Origin: Gemmatales bacterium
Lineage (GTDB): Bacteria; Planctomycetota; Planctomycetia; Gemmatales; HRBIN36
Direction of reading: 5' to 3'
DNA: 58,928 bases
Assembly (NCBI GenBank): GCA_025055835.1
Contig: JANWWR010000107.1
Location: 1 to 58,928 of the forward strand
This document shows positions 45,792-55,384 of this stretch, in pieces (position 1 is the first letter of the stretch; the number at the start of each line of letters is the position of its first letter). The notes under the pieces were generated by a model. The model searched no databases. It worked only from the letters and a program-made list of their open reading frames with translations, and was not told where the DNA came from. Both the position numbers and the translations under genes were made by a program.

Positions 45792-46178
45792 ATGTCCACG
45801 GTGTACTGGACGGAACCGCGGATTCTGAGTTGCCACTTCGATGACAGCTTCGAGCCGCATTTTCCCGCCTTTGACTTGGATTGGCAAAACACGCCGCTTG
45901 CGGAAAAACGCTTGTGGGAACTTCCCTGTGGCTTTCAATTTGTAGGTCAGCCGCCGGAACGGTTCGGCATCGAAGTGCTGCGTTTGGCGACGAATTGCTA
46001 CCAGGTACGGGTTCTGTGGAACCAGGCGTGTTTGCAATGGTCCCGGCTGCAACGCCAACAAATCCTGGGAACGAGCTTGGCCGAGGTGCTGGCGGCCCTG
46101 GGAACCGATCTGGCCTATCTCCTCGATCAACCGGTTTTGGCTCCCCAAACCGGCGAACCGCTGCGACGTGCCGGCTAA
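45792..46178 (+). CDS. Hypothetical protein
   Basis: GGAG SD before ATG 45792; globular composition; no recognised motif. Confidence 0.55.
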   Translation: MSTVYWTEPRILSCHFDDSFEPHFPAFDLDWQNTPLAEKRLWELPCGFQFVGQPPERFGIEVLRLATNCYQVRVLWNQACLQWSRLQRQQILGTSLAEVLAALGTDLAYLLDQPVLAPQTGEPLRRAG

Positions 46179-46183
46179 ACCCG

Positions 46184-47182
46184 ATTGGCCTCGTCTTCCG
46201 GCCCGCGAATGTCCTCCGGGACAATTTCGCTCTGTGTGATCTGGCCCGGTTGTGCCCACAAGGTAATGGTTTGAGGTTTTGCCACGACCGGAGCGATTTC
46301 TGGGAGCGCTGCCGAAACTTTTCCGATTTCCAAGTCAGCGTCGCTGAAAAGAACGGCGTTGTCGTCGCTGTCGGTTCCCTGGGCTACAAGGACGTCTGGG
46401 TGGCGGGGCAGCGGTGCCGCGTCGGCTACTTTCTCGACCGCATGGTACACCCCGATTTCCGTCGGCAAGGGATCGGACTGGCCCTGCTGCGCTATCAGCT
46501 CCAACTCAGCGCGCCGGTTAGCCTGCATTACGCTCTGGTTTTGGCTGACAATTGGCCGAACCGACGCTTGTTGGAACGAGCCGGGTTTCGTGCCTTGCCC
46601 GCTGCAATCCGGTATCTGCTCCTGATGCCGGAAAACTGGCGGTGGACTTCAGGGCGCTTGTCTTGCCAACTCCGCGAACCGATTGCCGCCGACCACGCCG
46701 CCTTGCTCGACAGCTACCTGCGCTCGCGCTACGCGCTTCTGGATGACAGCCGATTCTGTGGTACCGCCTCGGTGGTCGTCGGCGACCCCGACCGGTCCGC
46801 CGCCGGTATCGTCCACCGGCTCGGGGTGAAGCGAGTGGTTCGTGCTCCTTGGTATGCGCGCTGGATGGCCTGGCTGAAGTGGCGGATGCCGCTTGTGGGG
46901 TCGAGCCTCCGATTATGGCTGCTTGGCCACGTCTGGTACGCGGATCATCGCGCGCTCGCGGACCTGATTCAGGAAGTCAAGCACCTTGCCGCTGAAGCCG
47001 GCGTGGACGGCATCCTGATGCCCGTGGCAGCCAACGATCCGCGACTGGCTGACCTGCGCCGCTTCAGCCTGTCTGGCTGGGGTCTGCCGCAGCCGCGGGT
47101 CCTCATGTACGTCCGTGGACCGGAGGCCGAACGCTTGCTCAAGTCCACTTTGCCTGTCCTGCCCAGCCCCCGCGACGGATGA
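46184..47182 (+). CDS. GNAT-fold acetyl/acyltransferase (two-domain); start codon unresolved
   Basis: VHPDFRRQGIG acyl-CoA motif A and N-P---LLERAGF. No canonical in-frame start after the upstream stop at 46178; ATT at 46184 used as an approximation. Confidence 0.7.
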   Translation: MGLVFRPANVLRDNFALCDLARLCPQGNGLRFCHDRSDFWERCRNFSDFQVSVAEKNGVVVAVGSLGYKDVWVAGQRCRVGYFLDRMVHPDFRRQGIGLALLRYQLQLSAPVSLHYALVLADNWPNRRLLERAGFRALPAAIRYLLLMPENWRWTSGRLSCQLREPIAADHAALLDSYLRSRYALLDDSRFCGTASVVVGDPDRSAAGIVHRLGVKRVVRAPWYARWMAWLKWRMPLVGSSLRLWLLGHVWYADHRALADLIQEVKHLAAEAGVDGILMPVAANDPRLADLRRFSLSGWGLPQPRVLMYVRGPEAERLLKSTLPVLPSPRDG

Positions 47183-47254
47183 CAAGATTGTTACCGCCTC
47201 CGATAATTGTGCTGAGGCACACAAGCTCAACCTCCCTGGATCGGCCTCAGAGCG

Positions 47255-48574
47255 ATGTCGGAGCACGATCAGCTCGGCAAACTTCGAACCCAACGGTTGA
47301 AGACCCTGCTGTCCGCGGCGTCAACGTGCAATCCGTTTTATGCTCGCAAGCTCGCTTCGCTTCCGCTCAGGGAGCTTTTCAGCGAAGAAAGCCTCCCAGC
47401 ATTGCTTCGGTTCCTTCCCTTCACCACGAAAGAAGAACTGCAAGCGGATCAGGCAGCCCACCCGCCCTATGGCACAAACCTGTCGTCCGACTTACGGTGC
47501 TACGTCCGTCTGCACCAGACTTCGGGCACCTCGACTGGCTCCCCGCTTCGTTGGCTGGACACGGCCGAAAGCTGGAACTGGATGATCCACTGTTGGCAGA
47601 TCATTTACGACATTGTCGGCTTGAAGGCGGAGGACCGGGTGTTTTTCCCGTTTTCGTTCGGACCATTCATCGGCTTCTGGGCGGCATTCGAAGGCGCTGC
47701 GCGGCGGGGAGTGATGGTGCTGCCCGGAGGCGGCATGAACAGTCTGGCGCGTTTGCGATTTCTCCAGGAAAACGCCGTCACCGTGGTTTGCTGCACGCCG
47801 ACCTACGCTCTGCGTCTGGCCGAGGTCGCCAGAGACAACGGCATCCATCTGGCCGACTCTTCCGTGCGAATGCTGATCGTCGCCGGGGAGCCGGGCGGCA
47901 GCGTGCCTTCGACCCGGCAGCGTATCGAATCGGCCTGGGGGGCACGGGTTTTCGATCATTGCGGCATGACTGAGGTTGGCTCCTTCGGCATCGAATGTCC
48001 AGATAACCCAGGCGGAATGCACGTACTGGAAACCGAGTTCATCCCTGAGGTCGTGGATGCCGAAGGAATACCCGTCCCGCCGGGGCAGGAAGGAGAACTC
48101 GTCATCACGAACCTGGGACGGCTGGGCAGCCCGCTGATTCGGTACCGCACCGGCGACCGCGTCATTGCCGACCCCGAGCCGTGCCCCTGTGGTCGTCCGT
48201 GGATGCGGTTGCGCGGCGGCATCCTGGGCCGGACCGACGACATGCTCGTGGTCCGCGGCAATAACGTGTATCCCTCGGCGCTGGAGAACATCATCCGCCG
48301 CTTCGACGCCGTCGAGGAATTCCTCATCGAAGTGTGCGAGGCGGAGCCAGGTCCTGCACTTCGACTGCGACTGGAGTGTCGTCCTCATGAAGATGTGTCT
48401 CGCATCGTCGATCAAATCCAGCAGGCTGTTCGCAGCGAACTTCATTTTCGTCCCGACGTAGAAGCAGTACCGTGCGGAACCTTGCCTCGATCCGAGATGA
48501 AGTCCCGGCGGGTTGTTCGTAAACTAGCAACGGATGTGCTGACCGCCCGGAAATCCTCACCCCCGGCTTCCTGA
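47255..48574 (+). CDS. Phenylacetate-CoA ligase-like adenylate-forming enzyme (PaaK/F390-synthetase family)
   Basis: LPFTTKEEL, HQTSGTSTG, AGEPGG, DHCGMTE, YRTGD, GRTDDMLVVRGNNVYP. Confidence 0.88.
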   Translation: MSEHDQLGKLRTQRLKTLLSAASTCNPFYARKLASLPLRELFSEESLPALLRFLPFTTKEELQADQAAHPPYGTNLSSDLRCYVRLHQTSGTSTGSPLRWLDTAESWNWMIHCWQIIYDIVGLKAEDRVFFPFSFGPFIGFWAAFEGAARRGVMVLPGGGMNSLARLRFLQENAVTVVCCTPTYALRLAEVARDNGIHLADSSVRMLIVAGEPGGSVPSTRQRIESAWGARVFDHCGMTEVGSFGIECPDNPGGMHVLETEFIPEVVDAEGIPVPPGQEGELVITNLGRLGSPLIRYRTGDRVIADPEPCPCGRPWMRLRGGILGRTDDMLVVRGNNVYPSALENIIRRFDAVEEFLIEVCEAEPGPALRLRLECRPHEDVSRIVDQIQQAVRSELHFRPDVEAVPCGTLPRSEMKSRRVVRKLATDVLTARKSSPPAS

Positions 48575-48592
48575 ATGCGAGAGGTCCAGACC

Positions 48593-50914
48593 ATGCGCTT
48601 CACCTGGCTGCTTGCTCTCGGACTTGGGACATGGCTGGCGAACACGGCATCCGCCGCGGATTGGCTGCACTGGCGCGGCCCGGAGCAAAACGGCTACAGC
48701 CGCGACACAGGGCTTCCCGCCACCTGGTCGCCCTCCGGCGAGAACCTGATCTGGAAGCAGCCCTACGGCGGGCGTTCCGCTCCCCTGGTGTCCAAAGGCC
48801 GGGTGTACATCATCAACAACGCCGATCCGGGAAAAGTCACCGAGCAGGAACGGGTCATGTGCTTTGACGCCAAGACCGGCGAAAAGCTCTGGGAGTATCG
48901 CTTCAACCTGTTTCTGACCGACATCGTCACCAACCGCGTTGGCTGGGCCAACCTGGCCGCTGATCCCGAGACGGGCAACATCTACGCTCACGGCGTGCAG
49001 GGCCTGTTCATCTGCTTCAGTCCCGAGGGCAAGGTGCTGTGGCAAAAGTCCCTGACCGAGGAATATGGCCGTATCACCGGCTACGGCGGCCGCGTCGGTT
49101 CGCCGGTGGTGGATGAAAACCTCGTGATCATGAACATGCTCAATGCCAGCTGGGGCGATCAGGCCCGGGGCGGGCATCGCTTCATCGCTTGCGACAAACG
49201 TACCGGCGAAGTGGTCTGGTGGTCGGAGCCGGGCGGACCGCCGCTCGACACGCTCTACGCCACTCCCGTGGTAGCTGTCATCAACGGCCAGCGGCTGCTC
49301 ATCGTCGGCACGGCTGACGGCGGCGTGTACGCCCTTAAAGCACGCACCGGCGAGAAAGTCTGGGGAGCCGTTTTCAGTAAGCGCGGACTGAATGCCTCGC
49401 CGGTCGTCGAGGGCAATTACGTTTACGCCTGCCACAGCGAAGAGAATCTGGACACGACCGACATGGGCGGCGTGTATTGCTTCGATGCGTCGCACGTCGA
49501 AAACGGCAGCCCGAAGCTGGTCTGGCGGCGCGTCGGTATCCGGGCCGGGTATGCTTCGCCGGTCGTCCACAATGGACGGCTCTATGTCGCCGACAATGGC
49601 GCGCGTCTGCACTGCCTGGATGCGAAAACCGGAGAGACGATCTGGGACTACAAGTACGGCACCGAAGCGAAGGCTTCACCGGTTTTGGCCGATGGCAAAA
49701 TCTACGTCGGCGAAGTCGCTTCGCGATTCCACATCCTCGAAGCGGGTGATAAGGAATGCAAGCGGCTCAGCGTCGTGGAGTTTCCCGCCGGAGCCTCGGG
49801 GGAAAACTTTGAAATCAATGGCAGTGCGGCTGTTTCCGACGGGAGGGTGTACATCGTCACCGGTACCGATCTGTACTGCATCGGCACGAAGGACGGGAAG
49901 GCCGGCCAAGTGCCGCCGTTGCCCGCTGAACCGAAGCCCGCTCCAGACGCATCCATTTCTCACCTGCAAATCGTCCCCGCGGACGTCGTGCTGGCCAAAG
50001 GCGAATCGGTCCAGTTCAAGATTCGGGCCTTTGATGCCCAAGGCCGATTCCTGCGGGAAGTGGGTGCTGATGCGTGGAGCCTTCCCGAGCCACCTCCCCC
50101 CGCCACCGCGCCGGGCGGAACCGCGCCTCCGACGCCTCCGCCTCTCCGGGGCACGATCACTGCGGACGGCCGATTGACCGTGGACCCCAACGTGCCAGCT
50201 CAGGCCGGGGTCGTTCAAGCGAAGGTCGGCAATCTGACTGCCAGGGCGCGGGTCCGCGTCGCTCCGACGCTGCCCATCGTTCAGGACTTCGAGAAGCTCC
50301 CCGTTGGCGGCATCCCGGGCGGGTGGATCAATGTCGCGGGCAAGTTTGTCGTCGTTGAACAGGATGGCAGCAAATGCCTTAAGAAACTGGCCAACAACGC
50401 CAACCCCCTCCTGGCCCGTGCCTACGCCTTCATCGGCACGCCGACGATGAGCGACTACACCATCGAAGCCGACCTCATGGCCACCGAAAAACGTCGTTAT
50501 CTTCCTGACATGGGCATCGTCAATTGCCGCTATTCGCTGACCCTCGACGGCACCAAGCAGCGCCTCCTCCTTCGCACCTGGGAAGCCCGCAAGGCTCCCG
50601 GCGAGGAGATTCCGGGCCGAATCAACGCCAAGGTGGATTTTGAATGGAAGCCCAACGTTTGGTATCACTTCAAGTTGAAGGTAACGGTCCACGAGGGGCG
50701 AGCCATCTGCCAAGGCAAGGTCTGGATCAAGGGAGAAAAGGAGCCGGAGAACTGGACCATTCAGGCCGAGGATCCGATTCCGAACCGCGAAGGCGCTCCC
50801 GCCCTGTACGCCTATGCCTACGGGATTCCGCCCAGCGCCGAGGTCGCTGCCCGCAATCCGGGAACGGAAGTGTTCTTCGACAACATCCGCGTCACGCCCA
50901 ATCGGGGCAACTGA
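48593..50914 (+). CDS. Exported PQQ-like beta-propeller with an Ig-like domain and a C-terminal lectin-like (DUF1080/ConA-type) beta-sandwich
   Basis: Signal peptide ending ASA-ADW--WRGP; propeller repeats; IVPADVVL--GESVQF (Ig-like); C-terminal WYHFKLKV...GKVW...W. GAGG SD before 48593. Confidence 0.8.
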   Translation: MRFTWLLALGLGTWLANTASAADWLHWRGPEQNGYSRDTGLPATWSPSGENLIWKQPYGGRSAPLVSKGRVYIINNADPGKVTEQERVMCFDAKTGEKLWEYRFNLFLTDIVTNRVGWANLAADPETGNIYAHGVQGLFICFSPEGKVLWQKSLTEEYGRITGYGGRVGSPVVDENLVIMNMLNASWGDQARGGHRFIACDKRTGEVVWWSEPGGPPLDTLYATPVVAVINGQRLLIVGTADGGVYALKARTGEKVWGAVFSKRGLNASPVVEGNYVYACHSEENLDTTDMGGVYCFDASHVENGSPKLVWRRVGIRAGYASPVVHNGRLYVADNGARLHCLDAKTGETIWDYKYGTEAKASPVLADGKIYVGEVASRFHILEAGDKECKRLSVVEFPAGASGENFEINGSAAVSDGRVYIVTGTDLYCIGTKDGKAGQVPPLPAEPKPAPDASISHLQIVPADVVLAKGESVQFKIRAFDAQGRFLREVGADAWSLPEPPPPATAPGGTAPPTPPPLRGTITADGRLTVDPNVPAQAGVVQAKVGNLTARARVRVAPTLPIVQDFEKLPVGGIPGGWINVAGKFVVVEQDGSKCLKKLANNANPLLARAYAFIGTPTMSDYTIEADLMATEKRRYLPDMGIVNCRYSLTLDGTKQRLLLRTWEARKAPGEEIPGRINAKVDFEWKPNVWYHFKLKVTVHEGRAICQGKVWIKGEKEPENWTIQAEDPIPNREGAPALYAYAYGIPPSAEVAARNPGTEVFFDNIRVTPNRGN

Positions 50915-50986
50915 ATTGCTATGAATGCTAAAAACGTCCCTACGGTAAAGCCGTGTTGCTCGCCTCCTACCGCAGGAAAACCAGGC

Positions 50987-52693
50987 ATGAACCAACCCAG
51001 TTCGATTCGGAAACTGCTTCTGGGCCTCGCTACCCTCGGACTGTTGGCCGGGGTCGCGGTCGTCTCCGCCTATCTCAACGCCGAGTCCAAGCCCCATCTG
51101 GGTTACGACTCGACTTCATCCGCAAACTCGCCAAGCGGGCAGGTCGCTTTCGCCAACACACCTTCTCGAATGGCTCGCGCCGCCGCTCCTTCCCGCGAGG
51201 AAGTCATGATGCGGGTCTGGCCCATGTTCGGTGGCACCGTGTTCCGCAACATGGTGAATACCTTTGAACGCAATCTCCCCCACGAATGGGAAATCCCTGA
51301 CAAACGCCGCAACAAGCCTGGCAAGAACGTCAAATGGACCGCTGCCTTGGGTTCGCAATCCTACGGCAACCCGGTCGTGTACGGCGGCAAGATTTTTCTT
51401 GGTACCAACAACGACGGCTTGCGAAACCCCCGCGACGCCAAGAAGCGTGCCGACGGCAAACTGGAGCCGATCGACAAGGGCAACGTCATGTGCTTCCGTG
51501 AGTCGGACGGCAAGTTTCTCTGGCAGGCAGTCCACGACAAGCTCGAATCGGGCCGGGTCAACGACTGGCCGCTCCAGGGCGTGTGTTCTTCGCCGTTCGT
51601 CGAGAAAGATCGGCTCTACTACGTCAGCAACCGCTGCGAACTGATCTGCGCCGACACGGAAGGTTTTGCTAACGGCAATCAGGGTGTCCAGGACGAAAAG
51701 TACCAGGATCCCACCGACGCCGACATCATCTGGCGGCTGGACATGATGGAGGAACTAGGCGTGTTCCCCCACAATCTGGCCGTCTGCTCGCCCCTGGTCG
51801 TCGGCGACATTGTCTTCGTCGTCACCGGCAATGGCCACGATGAGTCTCACGAAAACATCCCCGCGCCGCGTGCCCCGAGCTTCATTGCCGTGGACAAGCA
51901 CACGGGCAAAGTCCTCTGGGAAGATGCCTCGCCGGGTGACAAGATTCTTCACGGCCAATGGTCCAATCCGACCTATTGCGAAGTCAAGGGCCAGCCGCAG
52001 ATTATCTTCCCGGGCGGCGACGGTTGGCTGCGGGCTTTCGACCCCAAAACCGGCAAGCTCCTTTGGAAGTTTGATTGCAATCCCAAGGCATCCGTGTACA
52101 TCCTGGGCGGTCGCGGCACCCGCAACGAGATCATCGCCACGCCGGTTGTCCATGACGGGCTGGTGTACGTCGCCGTGGGACAGGATCCCGAGCACGGCGA
52201 AGGCGTCGGGCATCTGTGGTGCATTGACCCCTCCAAGGCAAGACCGGACAACATCGACCTCTCCCCCGTCAACGACAACTTTGATCCCAAGGCTCCGGAG
52301 AACAAGAACTCCGGTCTGGTCTGGCACCACGGCGGGCTGGACGACAAAGGCAACATGATCTTTCGCCGGTCGATCTCGACCTGTGCCGTGGCCGACGGCC
52401 TGTGCTACGCTGCCAACTTGAGCGGCTTCCTCGATTGCCTCGACGCCAAGACCGGGCAGCTTTACTGGCGGCACGACATGCTCAGCGCCGTCTGGGGGTC
52501 TCCGTATGTCGTGGACGGCAAGGTGTACATCGGCACCGATGAAGGCGATGTGTACGTCTTCGCTCATTCCAAAGAGAAGAAACTGCTGGCCAAGAACGAG
52601 ATGGACGGGCCGACCTTGAGCACGCCCATCGCGGTCAACGGCGTCCTCTACGTCATGACCCGGACGACTTTGTTCGCCATCAGCCACCAATAG
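50987..52693 (+). CDS. Exported PQQ-like beta-propeller protein
   Basis: Signal/anchor; WPMFGG---RNMV; KW-A-LGSQSYGNPVV; CSSP; repeated LLWKFD/W blades. Confidence 0.82.
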   Translation: MNQPSSIRKLLLGLATLGLLAGVAVVSAYLNAESKPHLGYDSTSSANSPSGQVAFANTPSRMARAAAPSREEVMMRVWPMFGGTVFRNMVNTFERNLPHEWEIPDKRRNKPGKNVKWTAALGSQSYGNPVVYGGKIFLGTNNDGLRNPRDAKKRADGKLEPIDKGNVMCFRESDGKFLWQAVHDKLESGRVNDWPLQGVCSSPFVEKDRLYYVSNRCELICADTEGFANGNQGVQDEKYQDPTDADIIWRLDMMEELGVFPHNLAVCSPLVVGDIVFVVTGNGHDESHENIPAPRAPSFIAVDKHTGKVLWEDASPGDKILHGQWSNPTYCEVKGQPQIIFPGGDGWLRAFDPKTGKLLWKFDCNPKASVYILGGRGTRNEIIATPVVHDGLVYVAVGQDPEHGEGVGHLWCIDPSKARPDNIDLSPVNDNFDPKAPENKNSGLVWHHGGLDDKGNMIFRRSISTCAVADGLCYAANLSGFLDCLDAKTGQLYWRHDMLSAVWGSPYVVDGKVYIGTDEGDVYVFAHSKEKKLLAKNEMDGPTLSTPIAVNGVLYVMTRTTLFAISHQ

Positions 52694-52732
52694 CGGCCGA
52701 ACCCCAGCCGGCCTGAAAGCGAGAAAGCATCC

Positions 52733-53845
52733 ATGAGCACAGTCGCTTTGTCTTCCGAACTCCAGGAAAAGGTTCAGCACGCGCGGGAAGAACTGGACGC
52801 CCACGTCCGGGAAATCATCCGCTGGCATTTCAGCCCGGAGACGGGCACGCCGTTTTGGCTGGAGAAAGCCAAGGAACTGCCCTTCGATCCGCTTAAGGAC
52901 ATCCAGACGTTCGATGACTTGAGACTATTCGGGCACTTCGAAGATGAATGGCTGCGTGGCGGTCCCGTGCGGCGCTGGGTGCCGAAGGCCTATGCCCACC
53001 GACCCATTTACGTCTTCGAAACCGGCGGGACCACCGGCATTCCCAAGACCCGAATCGCCATCGACGATTTCCGCATCGACTACGAAATGTTCAGCGAGAC
53101 GTTGCCGGACGAGTATTTTCCCAAGGGGGCCAACTGGCTCATGCTCGGCCCTTCCGGTCCGCGTCGGCTCCGACTGGCCGTTGAGCATCTGTGTCAATAT
53201 CGCGGCGGCATCTGTTTCTGCGTCGATCTCGACCCCCGCTGGGTCATCAAGCTCATCAAGCGCGGCTGGATGGAACATCTGCGAGCCTATCAGGACCACG
53301 TCATCGATCAGGCGATGACCATCCTGTCAGCCAACCACGAAATCAAGTGCATGTTCACGACGCCGAAACTGCTCGACGCCTTGGCCGCCCGGTTGGAGAA
53401 GGAAGGGACCAGCATCGCCAAGGTGGGGATCACCGGCATCTTCTGCGGCGGCACGGAGATGACCTCGCAGTGGATCCGTTTCGCCATCGAAGAACTGCTT
53501 GGACCTGGCGTGTACATTGCCCCGACCTACGGCAACACCCTGATGGGCCTGGCAGCCGCTGACATGCCGACGCCGGACCACGACTACAAGATCACCTACT
53601 ACGCTCCCCAGCCACGGGCCGTCGTGCAGGTCATGGATTTTGACGACTATGAAAAGGAAGTGCCTTACGGCCAGGAGGGCCGGGTGATGCTCACGACGCT
53701 GACCAAGGAGTTCTTCGTGCCGCGGTTCATGGAGCGGGACGAAGGCGTGCGAGAGTTGCCGTGCCTGAAATATCCGTGGGACGGCGTCAGCGGCGTCAAG
53801 CCATTCCGGGGCTTCGCGGCCACCACGACTGTCGGCGTGTACTGA
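52733..53845 (+). CDS. GriC/EhpF-like (LuxE/PaaK superfamily) adenylating subunit of a two-component carboxylate reductase
   Basis: WHFSPETGTPFWLE N-terminus as I recall for EhpF/GriC; P-loop variant FETGGTTGIPK; PTYGNT; GRVMLTTL; ERD. Followed directly by an acylating ALDH-like gene. Confidence 0.65.
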   Translation: MSTVALSSELQEKVQHAREELDAHVREIIRWHFSPETGTPFWLEKAKELPFDPLKDIQTFDDLRLFGHFEDEWLRGGPVRRWVPKAYAHRPIYVFETGGTTGIPKTRIAIDDFRIDYEMFSETLPDEYFPKGANWLMLGPSGPRRLRLAVEHLCQYRGGICFCVDLDPRWVIKLIKRGWMEHLRAYQDHVIDQAMTILSANHEIKCMFTTPKLLDALAARLEKEGTSIAKVGITGIFCGGTEMTSQWIRFAIEELLGPGVYIAPTYGNTLMGLAAADMPTPDHDYKITYYAPQPRAVVQVMDFDDYEKEVPYGQEGRVMLTTLTKEFFVPRFMERDEGVRELPCLKYPWDGVSGVKPFRGFAATTTVGVY

Positions 53846-53909
53846 GTGCAATTGTTCCAGCCCAAGGGCGACGCAGCAAACCAGGCTAATCATCCGCAGG
53901 GAGTCAATC

Positions 53910-55340
53910 ATGCTGCACATCCCGATATCCCGTTGGGGCGAGCCGTACAAGAGCCTCGACATCGACAAGGTCGTCCACTTCGAGACCGGCGAGGTGCTGG
54001 CCGAGGTCAGCCGGGCCAACGGCGGACTGGTTGAACGGGACATGCGTTACGCCCAGCGCGCCCGGGACGTGCTGCGCGAGATTCCCATCAAAGAACTTCT
54101 CCAGATGGTCAAGAAGGCGGCCGATCTGTACACGTCGGCCACCTTGCCCCTGGGGAATGGCGAGCAGACGCCGGAGCAGTTCGTCCGCATGCAGTCGGCC
54201 ACGACTGGCCTGCCGGAGCACATGTGCCGGTTCAACATGACCAAGAACCATTTCGTGCTCAACGAAATGGATAAGATTCTCGATGCCCTGACCCGTGGTC
54301 TTGATCTCACCGTGCTGACCAAGGGCTATGGCGTCGAGTCCCGCGGGGTGCCGATCAGCTATCAAGCCCAATCGCCCGTCCTCGGGCTGGTCCTGCCGAG
54401 CAACTCGCCCGGTGTCCATACACTCTGGCTGCCGATCATTCCCATGCAGATCGGTCTGGTCTTGAAGCCTGGTCCCCAGGAGCCGTGGACGCCGTACCGC
54501 ATGGCCAATGCGTTCATCCAGGCGGGCATTCCGAAACAGGCCATCGCCATCTATCCCGGCCTCGGCGATGTCGGCGCAGCGGTTCTTCAGCACTGCCCCC
54601 GGAGTCTGATTTTCGGCGGAGCAGCGACCGTGGAACAGTATCGCGGCAATCCGCGGGTCCAGGCCCACGGTCCTGGCTTCAGCAAGATACTTATTGGCGA
54701 TGACAAGGTGGATCAGTGGGACAAGTATCTCGATCTCATGGTGGACAGCGTGTTGGTCAACAGCGGTCGAGGTTGCATCAACTGCTCCGGCATCTGGGTT
54801 TCCCGTCATGCTCGCAAGATCGCCGAGGCGTTGGCGGAACGCATGGGACCGATCATGCCGCTGCCGCCCGATGATCCCAAGGCCGCCCTGGCAGCGTTCA
54901 CCGTCAAAGGGCAGGCCGACGCCATCAACACCGAGATCGACCATGATGTGAAACAGCCTGGCGTCCATGACATGACCGCAAAATTCGGCCCGCGGCTGGT
55001 GAAGAAAGAGCGCTGCGACTACCTCAGGCCGACGGTCATCCTGTGCGACTCGCCGGAGCCGGCCATTGCCAGGAAGGAATATATGTTCCCGTTTGTGACC
55101 GTGGTGCAGTGCCCGCAGGAGAAGATGATCGAGAAGATCGGGCCAACGCTGGTCTGCACCGCCATCACGGAGGACCCGAAGTTCCAGCGAGCGCTCCTCG
55201 ACGCCGTTCACATCGACCGCTTGAACATCGGTGCGATTCCGACCATCAAGCTGAACTGGTTGCAGCCCCACGAAGGCAACATCGTGGATTTCCTTTTCCG
55301 CGCTCGCGCCTTCCAGTTTGACGGTATGTTGAAGGCGTGA
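53910..55340 (+). CDS. Aldehyde-dehydrogenase-superfamily acyl reductase (GriD/LuxC-like)
   Basis: LPSNSPG, LKPG--EPW, catalytic region NSGRGCINCS (Cys289), EYMFPF. HGPG replaces the ELGG of hydrolytic ALDHs. Confidence 0.78.
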   Translation: MLHIPISRWGEPYKSLDIDKVVHFETGEVLAEVSRANGGLVERDMRYAQRARDVLREIPIKELLQMVKKAADLYTSATLPLGNGEQTPEQFVRMQSATTGLPEHMCRFNMTKNHFVLNEMDKILDALTRGLDLTVLTKGYGVESRGVPISYQAQSPVLGLVLPSNSPGVHTLWLPIIPMQIGLVLKPGPQEPWTPYRMANAFIQAGIPKQAIAIYPGLGDVGAAVLQHCPRSLIFGGAATVEQYRGNPRVQAHGPGFSKILIGDDKVDQWDKYLDLMVDSVLVNSGRGCINCSGIWVSRHARKIAEALAERMGPIMPLPPDDPKAALAAFTVKGQADAINTEIDHDVKQPGVHDMTAKFGPRLVKKERCDYLRPTVILCDSPEPAIARKEYMFPFVTVVQCPQEKMIEKIGPTLVCTAITEDPKFQRALLDAVHIDRLNIGAIPTIKLNWLQPHEGNIVDFLFRARAFQFDGMLKA

Positions 55341-55384
55341 GGCAAGGTCGTCTGCCACTTGGGGCCGAGACGGACGAGAGAGGC

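Noticed and set aside
52733-55340. Bioluminescence (lux) operon or bacterial microcompartment locus
   Set aside because: No luxA/B/D and no BMC shell genes in the window; only the reductase-like pair is present.
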